Part shown: one piece after another, positions 1 through 12,053 of the stretch | Position numbering within the stretch: the first letter of the stretch is position 1 | Layout of the letters: every line of letters begins with the position of its first letter | The notes under the pieces: generated by a model | The model's input: only the letters and a program-made list of their open reading frames with translations | Databases searched by the model: none | Told to the model about the DNA's origin: nothing | Position numbers and translations under genes: made by a program | NCBI GenBank assembly: GCA_951406725.2 | Contig: OX597814.1 | Coordinates: 5,518,001 to 5,582,000 of the forward strand | Length of the DNA stretch: 64,000 nt | From: Octopus vulgaris | Taxonomy: Eukaryota | Direction of reading: 5' to 3'

Positions 1-530
1 TAGCATGGGTTGAACGATTTGACTGAGGACTGGTGAACCAGATGGCTGCACCAGGCTCCAATCTGATCTGGCAGAGTTTCTACAGCTGGATGCCCTTCCA
101 AACTCCAACCACTCTGAGAGTGTAGTGGGTGCTTTTACGTGCCACCGGCACGAGGGCCAGGCAGGCAGTACTGGCAACGGCCACACATAAATGGTGTTTT
201 ATACATGCCACCTGCACAGGAGCCAGTCCAGCGGCACTGGCAACAACCTCACCCGAATGTTTTTTCACGTGCCACTGGCACAAGTACCAGTAAGTCAATG
301 ATAGTAACGATCACATTCAAATAGTGATATTTACATGCCACCAGCACGGAAACCAGACAACTGCCTGGGCAATGATCATGCTCGGATGGTGCTGTTAGCG
401 CACCACTGGCACGGGTGTTAGTCATCGAATTTGGTTCAATTATGATTTCGATTTTGCTTGCCCAAACAGGTCTTTGCAAGCAGAGTTTAGTGTCCAATGA
501 AAGAAAAAGTACCAGTTATGTGGCACCAGT
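1..530 (-). mobile_element. RTE LINE 3' UTR (antisense)
   Basis: TAGCATGGGTTG...GGATGCCCTTCC...GTAGTGGGTGCTTTT matches the reverse complement of the 3' UTR at 61190-61350. Confidence 0.75.
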
Positions 531-1683
531 ATCAACCATGACTAAGATTTCACTTAGCTTGATGGGTCTTCTCAAGCACAGCATATCACCAAAGGTCTCG
601 ATCACTAGTCATTGCCTCCGTGAGGCCCAAAGTCCAAAGATTGTAATTCACCACCTCGTTCCATCTCTTCCTGGGTCTATCACTACCACAGGTTTCCTCT
701 GCAGTCACAGCCCATGTTTCACTACCGTGAAGCATGGAAGTTCGCACACATGTGTCGTACAATCTACCTTTCACTCTGAGTGAGAGACCCTTTGTCACCT
801 GTAGCAGTAGGAGCTCCATGAACTTTGACCAGGCTATTCTTATTCTAGTGGTAACACTTTCTGAGCATCCACCCCAGCTACTGACTTGGTCACCTAGGTA
901 GCCAAAACAATCAACTACTTCTAGTTTCTCCCCCAGGAGTGTAATGGAATCTGTTTTCTGAGTATCAATAGTGTCTATTGCTCCTGTGCATCTGCTGCAC
1001 ATGGAAGCTATTGTAATGGAACTGGTTGTGTCTTTACACTGTTTGGGTGCAACACAATTTCCTTTCTTTTGTTTCAAGAAACTGCCAGTCAGGAACAAAA
1101 ATGCAACCTTAAGAATATATATGACCCTTTATTTTCTTATTTATAAAAGAAGAACTTTGGTATATTGGTATCCACTTGGTTCGATATAGCAAGGCTGAAT
1201 TTTAACATTTGTAAGATTCTTACTACAAATTCAGCAGCAACAGAGCAGGTCAAATCCTAAGCGTCTGGGACAGGAGAATGGCTGATCACACGTTTAACAC
1301 GTCCTTTCTCTTCAATAGCCGTGTCTCAAGTCAACGACGCTAACAAGGAACGCGAGAGAATTTTCTTCCCCAGTCTCTAGTACATGTGCATGAGGGAACT
1401 TCCTTAGGACTTTCCAGAAGGTTCCAGTCCCGCACACGCACACTGTAGAATGACGTCGCACACGCACACTGAAGAATTACGTGCCGCAAACGCACACTGA
1501 AGAATGACGTTGCATGTGCGCACACTGGAAAATGACGTCACTACACTATCTTCCAAGTCAATTTTCCTTTGATGGTGCTGCACCTCTTATGTATCCATAG
1601 CTTTCACTAGGAACATCTTATGGAGTTTCTACTGACACCTTTTCTACAGATCGAGCAGGGCAACCTACATTAAAGGGTGTGTG
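531..1683 (-). mobile_element. Degenerate RTE LINE RT 3' part, split by a solo LTR
   Basis: ORF 586-1098 (EVVDCFGYLGDQ...RIAWSKF...[17 protein letters not shown]) is homologous to 58794-60773; LINE sequence resumes at 1550-1683. Confidence 0.85.
1012..1545 (-). mobile_element. Solo LTR (Ty3/Gypsy-type), 534 bp
   Basis: TGTAATG...CACTACA termini; 4-bp TSD CTAT (1008-1011, 1546-1549); interrupts the RTE; minus-strand AATAAA at 1128-1133 (orientation inferred from this). Confidence 0.8.
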
Positions 1684-1689
1684 TTTTTA

Positions 1690-4600
1690 TGAGTTTCATG
1701 TCATCTAAATGGCGAGATGAAAGGAACCGATGCTCTTTGGAATCGAAAACGAACCTCTCATATATTTAAACATAAAAGATAATTGATTGAAAAACATCAA
1801 AGATCATACAAATTTTCCGAAGGCAGCAAAAAGCCAAGGCAAAAAATAGTTTTAAAGGATTAGAATCTTTTGATCAAGGTAAAATCTTTCAGAGTTTTTT
1901 TGAGTTTCATGTCATCTAAATGGCGAGATTAAAGGAACCGATGCTCTTTGGAATCGAAAACGAACCTCTCATATATTTAAACATGAAAGATAATTGATTG
2001 AAAAACATCAAAGATCATACAAATTTTATGAAGGCAGCAAAAAGCCAAGGCAAAACTAGTTTTAAAGGATTAGAATCTTTTGATCAAGGTAAAATCTTTG
2101 TGAGAGTTTTTTTGAGTTTCATGTCATCTAAATGGCGAGATTAAAGGAACCGATGCTCTTTGGAATCGAAAACGAACCTCTCATATATTTAAACATGAAA
2201 GATAATTGATTGAAAAACATCAAAGATCATACAAATTTTATGAAGGCAGCAAAAAGCCAAGGCAAAAATAGTTTTAAAGGTTTAGAATCTTTTGATCAAG
2301 GTAAAATCTTTGTGAGAGTTTTTTTTGAGTTTCATGTCATCTAAATGGCGAGATTAAAGGAACCGATGCTCTTTGGAATCGAAAACAAACCTCTCATATA
2401 TTTAAACATAAAAGATAATTGATTGAAAAACATCAAAGATGATACAAATTTTCCGAAGGCAACAAAAAGCCAAGTCAAAAATAGTTTTAAAGGATTAGAA
2501 TCTTTTGATCAAGGTAAAATCTTTGTGAGAGTTTTTTTGAGTTTCATGTCATCTAAATGGCGAGATTAAAGGAACCGATGCTCTTTGGAATCGAAAACGA
2601 ACCTCTCATATATTTAAACATAAAAGATAATTGATTGAAAAACATCAAAGATGATACAAATTTTCCGAAGGCAGCAAAAAGCCAAGGCAAAAATAGTTTT
2701 AAAGGATTAGAATCTTTTGATCAAGGTAAAATCTTTGTGAGAGTTTTTTTGAGTTTCATGTCATCTAAATGGCGAGATTAAAGGAACTGATGCTCTTTGG
2801 AATCGAAAACGAACCTCTCATATATTTAAACATATGAGATAATTGATTGAAAAACATCCAAGATGATACAAATTTTCCGAAGGCAGCAAAAAGCCAAGTG
2901 AAAAATAGTTTTAAAGGATTAGAATCTTTTGATCAAGGTAAAATCTTTGTGAGAGTTTTTTTGAGTTTCATGTCATCTAAATGGCGAGATTAAAGGAACC
3001 GATGCTCTTTGGAATCGAAAACGAACCTCTCATATATTTAAACATAAAAGATAATTGATTGAAAAACATCAAAGATGATACAAATTTTCCGAAGGCAACA
3101 AAAAGCCAAGTCAAAAATAGTTTTAAAGGATTAGAATCTTTTGATCAAGGTAAAATCTTTGTGAGAGTTTTTTGAGTTTCATGTCATCTAAATGGCGAGA
3201 TGAAAGGAACCGATGCTCTTTGGAATCGAAAACGAACCTCTCATATTTTTAAACATATGAGATAATTGATTGAAAAACATCAAAGATGATACAAATTTTC
3301 CGAAGGCAACAAAAAGCCAAGTCAAAAATAGTTTTAAAGGATTAGAATCTTTTGATCAAGGTAAAATCTTTGTGAGAGTTTTTTTGAGTTTCATGTCATC
3401 TAAATGGCGAGATTAAAGGAACCGATGCTCTTTGGAATCGAAAACGAACCTCTCATATATTTAAACATAAAAGATAATTGATTGAAAAACATCAAAGATG
3501 ATAGAAATTTTCCGAAGGCAGCAAAAAGCCAAGTGAAAAATAGTTTTAAAGGATTAGAATCTTTTGATCAAGGTAAAATCTTTGTGAGAGTTTTTTTGAG
3601 TTTCATGTCATCTAAATGGCGAGATTAAAGGAACCGATGCTCTTTGGAATCGAAAACGAACCTCTCATATATTTAAACATAAAAGATAATTGATTGAAAA
3701 ACATCAAAGATATACAAATTTTCCGAAGGCAACAAAAAGCCAAGTCAAAAATAGTTTTAAAGGATTAGAATCTTTTGATCAAGGTAAATACTTTGTGAGA
3801 GATTTTTGAGTTTCATGTCATCTAAATGGCGAGATGAAAGGAACGGATGCTCTTTGGAATCGAAAACGAACCTCTCATATTTTTAAACATATGAGATAAT
3901 TGATTGAAAAACATCAAAGATGATACAAATTTTCCGAAGGCAACAAAAAGCCAAGTCAAAAATAGTTTTAAAGGATTAGAATCTTTTGATCAAGGTAAAT
4001 ACTTTGTGAGAGTTTTTTTGAGTTTCATGTCATCTAAATGGCGAGATTAAAGGAACCGATGCTCTTTGGAATCGAAAACGAACCTCTCATATATTTAAAC
4101 ATAAAAGATAATGGATTGAAAAACATCAAAGATCATACAAATTTTCCGAAGGCAGCAAAAAGCCAAGGCAAAAATAGTTTTAAAGGATTAGAATCTTTTG
4201 ATCAAGGTAAAATCTTTGAGAGTTTTTTTGAGTTTCATGTCATCTAAATGGCGAGATTAAAGGAACCGATGCTCTTTGGAATCGAAAACGAACCTCTCAT
4301 ATATTTAAACATAAAAGATAATTGATAGAAAAACATCAAAGATCAGACAAATTTTCTGAAGGCAGCAAAAAGCCAAAGCAAAAATAGTTTTAAAGGTTTA
4401 GAATATTTTGATCAAGGTAAAATTTTTGTGAGAATTTTTTTGAGTTTCATGTCATCTAAATGGCGAGATTAAAGGAACCGATGCTCTTTGGAATCGAAAA
4501 CGAACCTGTCATATATTTAAACATAAAAGATAATGGGTTGAAAAACATCAAAGATCATACAAATTTTCCGAAGGCAGCAAAAAGCCAAGGCAAAAATAGT

Positions 4601-6761
4601 TTTAAATGTTTAGAATCTTTTGATCAAGGTAAAATTTTTGTGAGAGTTTTTTTGAGTTTCACGTCATCTAAATGGCGAGATTAAAGGAACCGATGCTCTT
4701 TGGAATCGAAAACGAACCTCTCATATATTTAAACATGAATGATAATTGATTGAAAAATATCAAAGATCATACAAATTTTATGAAGGCAACAAAAAGCCAA
4801 GTCAAAAATAGTTTTAAAGGATTAGAATATTTTGATCAAGGTAAAATCTTTGTGAGAGTTTTTTTGAGTTTCATGTCATCTAAATGGCGAGATTAAAGGA
4901 ACGGATGCTCTTTGGAATCGAAAACGAACCTCTCATATTTTTAAACATATGAGATAATTGATTGAAAAACATCCAAGATGATACAAATTTTACGAAGGCA
5001 GCAAAAAGCCAAGTCAAAAATAGTTTTAAGGGATTAGAATCTTTTGATCAAGGTAAAATTTTTGTGAGAGTTTTTTTGAGTTTCATGTCATCTAAATGGC
5101 GAGATTAAAGGAACCGATGCTCTTTGGAATCGAAAACGAAACTCTCATATATTTAAACATAAAAGATAATGGATTGAAAAACATCAAAGATGATACAAAT
5201 TTTCTGAAGGCAGCAAAAAGCCAAGTGAAAAATAGTTTTAAAGGGTTAGAATCTTTTGATCAAGGTAAAATTTTTGTGAGAGTTTTTTTTGAGTTTCATG
5301 TCATCTAAATGGCGAGATTAAAGGAACCGATGCTCTTTGGAATCGAAAACGAAACTCTCATATATTTAAACATAAAAGATAATGGATTGAAAAACATCAA
5401 AGATCATAGAAATTTTCCGAAGGCAGCAAAAAGCCAAGTGAAAAATAGTTTTAAAGGATTAGAATCTTTTGATCAAGGTAAAATTTTTGTGAGAGTTTTT
5501 TTGAGTTTCATGTCATCTAAATGGCGAGATTAAAGGAACCGATGCTCTTTGGAATCGAAAACGAACCTCTCATATTTTTAAACATATGAGATAATTGATT
5601 GAAAAACATCAAAGATGATACAAATTTTCCGAAGGCAGCAAAAAGCCAAGTCAAAAATAGTTTTAAAGATTAGAGTCTTTTGATCAAGGTAAAATCTTTC
5701 TGAGAGTTTTTTTGAGTTTCATATCTTCTAAATGGCGACATGAAAGGAACCGATGCTCTTTGGAATCGAAAACGAACCTCTCATATTTTTAAACATAAAA
5801 GATAATTGATTGAAAAACATCAAAGATCATACAAATTTTCCGAAGGCAGCAAAAAGCCAAGTCAAAAATAGTTTTAAAGGATTAGAATCTTTTGATCAAG
5901 GTAAAATCTTTGTGAGAGCTTTTTTGAGTTTCATGTCATCTAAATGGGGAGATTAAAGGAACCGATGCTCTTTGGAATCGAAAACGAAACTCTCATATAT
6001 TTAAACATAAAAGATAATTGATTGAAAAACATCAAAGATCATACAAATTTTCCGAAGGCAGCAAAAAGCCAAGTCAAAAATAGTTTTAAAGGTTTAGAAT
6101 CTTTTGATCAAGGTAAAATCTTTGTGAGAGTTTTTTTGAGTTTCATGTCATCTAAATGGCGAGATTAAAGGAACCGATGCTCTTTGGAATCGAAAACGAA
6201 CCTCTCATATATTTAAACATAAAAGATAATGGATTGAAGAACATCAAAGATCATACAAATTTTCCGAAGGCAGCAAAAAGCCAAGTCAAAAATAGTTTTA
6301 AAGGATTAGAATCTTTTGATCAAGGTAAAATCTTTGTGAGAGTTTTTTTGAGTTTCATGTCATCTAAATGGCGAGATTAAAGGAACCGATGCTCTTTGGA
6401 ATCGAAAACGAACCTCTCATATATTTAAACATGAAAGATAATTGATTGAAAAACATCAAAGATGATACAAATTTTCCGAAGGCAACAAAAAGCCAAGTCA
6501 AAAATAGTTTTAAAGGTTTAGAATCTTTTGATCAAGGTAAAATCTTTGTGAGAGTTTTTTTGAGTTTCATGTCATCTAAATGGCGAGATTAAAGGAACCG
6601 ATGCTCTTTGGAATCGAAAACGAACCTCTCATATATTTAAACATAAAAGACAATTGATTGAAAAACATCAAAGATTATACAAATTTAACAAAGGCAGCAA
6701 AAAGCCAAGTCAAAAATAGTTTTAAAGGTTTAGAATCTTTTGATCAAGGTAAAATTTTTGT
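1690..6761. repeat. Tandem array of ~24 copies of a 210-213 bp unit
   Basis: The unit (CATCTAAATGGCGAGATTAAAGGAACCGATGCTCTTTGG...) recurs every ~212 bp from ~1708 to ~6579 with high identity. Confidence 0.97.
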
Positions 6762-7549
6762 CTTCTCATTTGTTGTCTTTGTATTTATATTTAGGTGAGA
6801 GAAGAAATGTAATTTTGAACTGCATTTAATATTGGCATCTCTAGGTACTGAATCAAAATTTGTGCCCTTAAATAAAGTGGGTTTTTTTGTCCTTTATCGT
6901 AGCTAAACAAAGTTGTCAAGCCTCCTTAATCCTGCTGCCTGAAAATGAACATAGAAAATATGCTGGAAATAACAGCCAAATCCCACAAAACTGCGATAAC
7001 ATAATGAAAGAAATATGGAATGAATCTACTCACCTTCTTTTCTGAAAAGGTTTCTTTCAGAGTAATCCGTGACAAAGTGAAATGAAAGTGTTTTCGTTTT
7101 TGACGAGTGAAACCTCCCAGCCATGGACGGCCGTCGGGAATAAACTCGGGCAAAAGGGTTTGAGAAATGTTATAAGAAATTCAGGGAATCTTTTCTTCGC
7201 CGTAAATCCATAAATTTCTCCAAACATAGATCCGTCAACGCCAGACCATTTCCTATCGCCCGAATCACCCAACCATACACTTTGACTATTCGGGACCAAC
7301 AGACCTCGACTTGCTTTCCGCAACGGAACGGGTTGCGGAAATCTTCGGGATGAGGTGGGGGTCTTTTTTTTTTAAATTGAAATTTTACAAACAATTTTCA
7401 GAATCGGACATCTCCATAGCCGAAAACGTGGGATTCGATAAAAACAATTTTTTTTTTTCTAAAGGGATGGACGGGTCCCTTTACGTCTCCGCCACGTACT
7501 GGTTCAGTGAATTTACGGAATTTACCGAATGCCGTCTCCTTTTTTTTTT

Positions 7550-7720
7550 TTTTCTTTTCTACCCACAAGGGGACAAACAAGGACAGACATAGGTATTAAG
7601 TCGATTACATGGACCCCAGTGCGTAACTGGTACTTAATTTACCGACCCCGAAAGGATAAAAAGCAAAGTCGACCTCGGCGGAATTTGAACTCAGAACGTA
7701 ACGGCAGACGAAACACCACA
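7550..7720 (-). mobile_element. tRNA-derived SINE (family A) fragment
   Basis: Reverse complement of the 8400-8580 body (GAATTTGAACTCAGAACGTA). Confidence 0.75.
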
Positions 7721-7726
7721 AACTTC

Positions 7727-9600
7727 TCATTCTTTATTTTGGCACAACGGGGCCATAACACACAGAGGGGACAGTACAAGGACTGACTGGACATTACGGT
7801 GGGGATATAAAACATTTGAACGAACGAAGGAAGGATGAATTCTAATAATGGGGGTGAAAATGGATGCATGCTGTCCACTCGCAAGCAGAATAAATTTTAA
7901 ATGTTTTTCTTTTTTCTCTTTTATTCCGTTTTGTATCAGTATTATAGTCATTAAATTTGCTTTTCCCCACCCTTTTATGTACGGTATTTGGTCCTCATAA
8001 TCAATCACTGGCGGCAAGTCATCAAACTCCACGCGTTCTCCTTCTGGGTCGATCATATTTCCAAATAATTCTCCCAGTTCTTCACATCCTTCTTTGTCAA
8101 TCACAATTGCCTTGCTGTTTCTCTGGATAATATTCCGTCGTTAACTTCTAAGGCGGCAGGAGCTGGCAGAACCGTTAGCACGCCGGGCGAAATGTTTGGC
8201 GGTATTCCGTCCGTCCCTACGTTCTGAGTTCAAATTCCACCGAGATCGATTTTGCCTTTCATCCTTTCGGGGTCAATTAAATAAGTACCAGTCACGCACT
8301 GAGGGTCGATATAATCGACTTAATCCGTTTGTCTGTCCTTGTTTGTCCCCTCTGAGTTTAGCCCCTTGTGAGTAGTAAAGAAATAGATATTTCGTCTGCC
8401 GCTACGTTCTGAGTTCAAATCCCGCCGAGGTCGACTTTGCCTTTCATCCTTTCGGGGTCGATTAAATAAGTACCAGTTACGCACTGAGGGTCGATATAAT
8501 CGACTTAATCCGTTTGTCTGTCCTTGTTTGTCCCCTTTGTGTTTAGCCCCTTGTGGGTAGTAAAGAAATAGGTATTTCGTCTGCCGCTACGTTCTGAGTT
8601 CAAATCCCGCCGAGGTCGACTTTGCCTTTCATCCTTTCGGGGTCAATTAAATAAGTACCAGTTACGCACTGGGGTCGATATAATCGACTTAATCCGTTTG
8701 TCCCCTCTGTGTTTAGCCCCTTGTGGGTAGTAAAGAAATAGATAATATTCCGTTATTAACTTCACTCTCGCAACCGTCTTCATTTTGGTTATTCTCTTTT
8801 TCAATTTCCGTGTTTTTCGAATATGTCACCATCTGCCATTTCTTCTTTTTTGGTTCTTATTTGTTCCTGTTTTTTCCAATTGGTTTTCTACTTTGGTTTC
8901 CCTTGTTGCCATTGTTGGAATCTCCTGCTGTGTCTCTTCCAGTTTATTTTCCTTCCTCTTTGGACCCTTTGGCGGTGAGTCCACGTATTCCTTCCTTTTT
9001 CTTTTTACCTATTCACCACCTTATTATATCTCCTCCACCTTCTCTGGACATTCGCTGGGGTCGCCGCTTCGACATTTTGCTCCTGCTCGTTGCTCCTTGT
9101 TGCTGCTGTTCTTGTTAATCTTTCTCGTCGTTCTGGGCCACACCCTTGCTCTCATATATCCCCTTGCTCCACACTGGTAACAGGTCGGAGCTCTTCCCCC
9201 CATCACTAACTCTTAATTTCACCAAGTCTTGCAATGTCACCTTGTATCACCACCTCTTTCGTTCTCGTTACTTTTAAAAACTTTCGCCTCCTCCCCCTCT
9301 TCCATGTTGTACTGCCACCATCCACACCTTCTCAATCTCCAGGGGTACTCGATGAAATAACTCATGAACTCTGCCATAGCTTCTACCAAAAGATGTTCTG
9401 TTACGTTGACAGGTGTGAACAAGGGGAGATAATAGAAAAAGGAATCATTCGTTTATTATCTCCCCTTCTTCAGATCTGTCAGAAGCTATGGCAGAGTTCA
9501 TGAGTTATTTCATCGAACTTTTCAGATATCAATTGGTGGGCTCTACTGGACGAGTTAGATAAGATAGACATGTATTCCCTTACGGCTGATGTAGTTTAAC
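7727..9600 (-). pseudogene. Degenerate retrotransposon ORF1/gag-like remnant with Zn knuckle, split by a SINE
   Basis: GRAPTCYQCGARGYMRAR (degenerate CX2CX4HX4C) near 9150-9200; purine-rich coding-like sequence on both sides of the SINE. Confidence 0.5.
8149..8740 (+). mobile_element. tRNA-derived SINE (family A) with triplicated body and 23-bp TSD
   Basis: A-box-like TGGCAGAACCG and B-box GAGTTCAAAT; ~185-bp body repeated three times; TSD GATAATATTCCGT..TTAACTTC at 8126-8148 and 8741-8763 (21/23). Confidence 0.85.
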
Positions 9601-9907
9601 TCTTTTCTTTTTCAAGGTTTGAGCACCAATTGAAAAATTCAAATTTGATGGCAAAGAATCCAAACTAGATCGAAAACATCTATACATGAGAGAAAAAAAA
9701 TTCATAAAAAATCATATTTGTTGCAGACTTGTCTGATGTAATTAATTATATTTAATGAAATGGCAGAGAATAGGCAAGAAAGAGTCAACGTTTCAAGTAA
9801 ATTCCTGTCAAGAATGGCTGCTGTTGTCTCTTCACATGGTTTCATTTGATCATTGTGGCATGTCTTACTTGTTGATGTCTCTATACTAACAGATTAGATT
9901 AAAATGT

Positions 9908-10260
9908 TAGGGGAGGGGGGCAGTCAATTATATTGACCCCAGTGCGTAACTGGTACTTATTTAATCAACCCCGAAAGGATGAAAGGCAAAGTCGACCTTG
10001 GCGGAATTTGAACTCAGAACACAAAGACAGACGAAATACCTATTTCTTTATTACCCACAGAGGGGACAAACAAGGACAGACACACGGGTTAAGTCGATTA
10101 CATTGACCCCAGTGCATAACTGATACTTATTTAATCGACCCTGAAAGGATGAAAGGCAAAGTTGACCTTGGCGGAATTTGAACTCAGAACGTAACGGCAG
10201 ACGAAATGCCACTAAGCATTTCGCCCGGCGTGCTAACGTTTCTGCCAGCTAGCCACCTTA
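9908..10260 (-). mobile_element. tRNA-derived SINE (family A), dimeric body
   Basis: Reverse complement of the 8149-8740 element. Confidence 0.8.
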
Positions 10261-10779
10261 AGGAATACATAAATTACCAAATTTTTCCTTGTACAGAGAC
10301 TGGGATACAGGGATCAACTAAACTGTTTTTGCTTGGCCATTAGTTATCTTGAAGACGTGAGGCTGCCAAATTCTGTTGATGCTCCTTCCTTGATTTGCTT
10401 TTCAGGATCTGAGTTGTGTTGAGTCTAAATACCTTCAGAATTTGTGCTGAGCTTCTTAACTAGAAGAAAAAGGATGCAGATCTCTCTAGGACACTCCATG
10501 GATGAGCGAATCTTCTCCAGCATTGCATGGCACCAATAGTTGCAGTCTTTTGGGAAGCTAAGGTCAGTTTTCCTCATCTTATCCTATCTCTTTTTTAGTC
10601 TTCCATGGGTTTTATTAACTTAGTGTTCACTCATCATCATCATCACCACACATCACAGTGCAAGTTTCCCTTCAATACACTAATATTACACGAACTGCAC
10701 AGTGTGTTCACGTCTTCACTTCTTTCTAGACATTACAAATCTTCAACAGTCAACACCCACATAATTTATACTTGGAGCG

Positions 10780-11262
10780 GGGAAGCACTAAGCAGTAATC
10801 AGTGAAATTGCAATGTTGTTATCATCGTGAATATGCTTGGTGCATGTTCGAACTGGGGGGAAACAAGCTGCTGGTAGTGTTTTGTCTCAGAGACTATATC
10901 TCACTTGTTGACAAATGGTGTGTATACATCTAGATCAGTTCACAGCGCCACCTACCTAGACTGTGAAATGCTAGCATTTTGGAGCAGTTATTTCCTCTTC
11001 AGCCACAGACACCAGGCAGATGGCACTGCAAGCTGAATTCAGAGATTACCCCCTCTAATGTTTCTCCAGTCACCATCAGGTGACTGGCAGCACTACACAC
11101 TGACTCACAGTAAGAAAAGTTACGGAAGGGGCAGTGATAAATGAAATTGCAACGTTGTTCTCAGCCTGAATATGCTTGGTGCATGTTCAAACTGGGGGAA
11201 ACAAGCAACTCACTGCAGTTTGTCATGGAGAATATATCTCGCTTGTTGACAAATGGTGTGTA
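10780..11262 (+). repeat. Copy of the unclassified internally repeated element also at 39327-40490
   Basis: Near-identical to 39327-39782 over ~450 bp. Confidence 0.8.
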
Positions 11263-12047
11263 TCAAGCATTTTCAAACTGCTAATAACAGCAATGGCATA
11301 TATAATCTGGCCTACACTATCTGAGAGATGCCCTTTCTTACCAGCTCCCTCAATTTTCTCCAACCCATTCTTACGCTGGTACTATGCTTTTGGAACATTC
11401 ACCCCAACTGCAAATTCGGTTGGGAGCTGCCCAAATACTTGACAATCTATTATTTGCTTTTAGTGATTACTTTTGCCTCTCAGCCTATCTATGACCCCCA
11501 ACTGTCCTTGTGAACTCAGACCCTGCACAGAGGATACACAACTCCTTTACCGCATGTCCAGCAAGACCATTTCTCCGATGGCCGGAGCAAAGTCCGGCCT
11601 ACTTTCCTAGCTTTCATTTTCTGGATTTTCTTCTTTATATCTTACAAGAGTTTAGGCTGTATGACCTTTGTCATAAATACAGTGGAATTCCTATGGGCAG
11701 CCACTCTCAAACACCTTTGTTATGACCTGGAGGGCTACGAGAGACATAAAGGGCAGTGAACCCCCGATCAGCCCCTTTTGGACACAACTTGCATGGCCAT
11801 TGCAAGCTGTTCATCAACTTGTAGCTTCATTAGCAATCACTAGAGTGTGGAACTTTGTCAAACACTTTGTAATCCTTAGAAGGAAAATTCTGCAGAGACA
11901 ATTTTTTTTTCCAGTTGTAATTATATATTACTTAAAGCAAGAATTATGAGAATAAAATTAAAAAAAAAAAAAAGATCCCATCACATTTCCTGGCTTTCGT
12001 TAAAGTTTGGGTTTAATAAACACACAGCATACGATTGTAGTAAAGCA

Positions 12048-12053
12048 TTTATT
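12048..12053 (-). terminator. Probable ZER1 polyadenylation signal (AATAAA); implies ~1.5 kb 3' UTR
   Basis: AATAAA on the minus strand followed ~20-35 nt later by GU-rich TGCTGTGTGTTT. 12050-13540 is largely TE-free and AT-rich. Other AATAAA sites lie within this interval. Confidence 0.5.

Noticed and set aside
1725-1752. CCGATGC...CGAAAAC in the 212-bp unit as a hammerhead core
   Set aside because: Core mismatched (no NGA) and no convincing stems I or III.
4038-6380. Standalone 69-74 aa ORFs MARLKEPMLFG... as individual small genes
   Set aside because: Open only in units where TGA is replaced by GGA/GGG; most units have the stop; no recognisable family.
7230-7510. Weak resemblance of the spliced peptide to TMEM62-type metallophosphoesterase (GHLH) or NPL4
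   Set aside because: Only a few residues match by eye and spacing differs; cannot be supported without a profile search.
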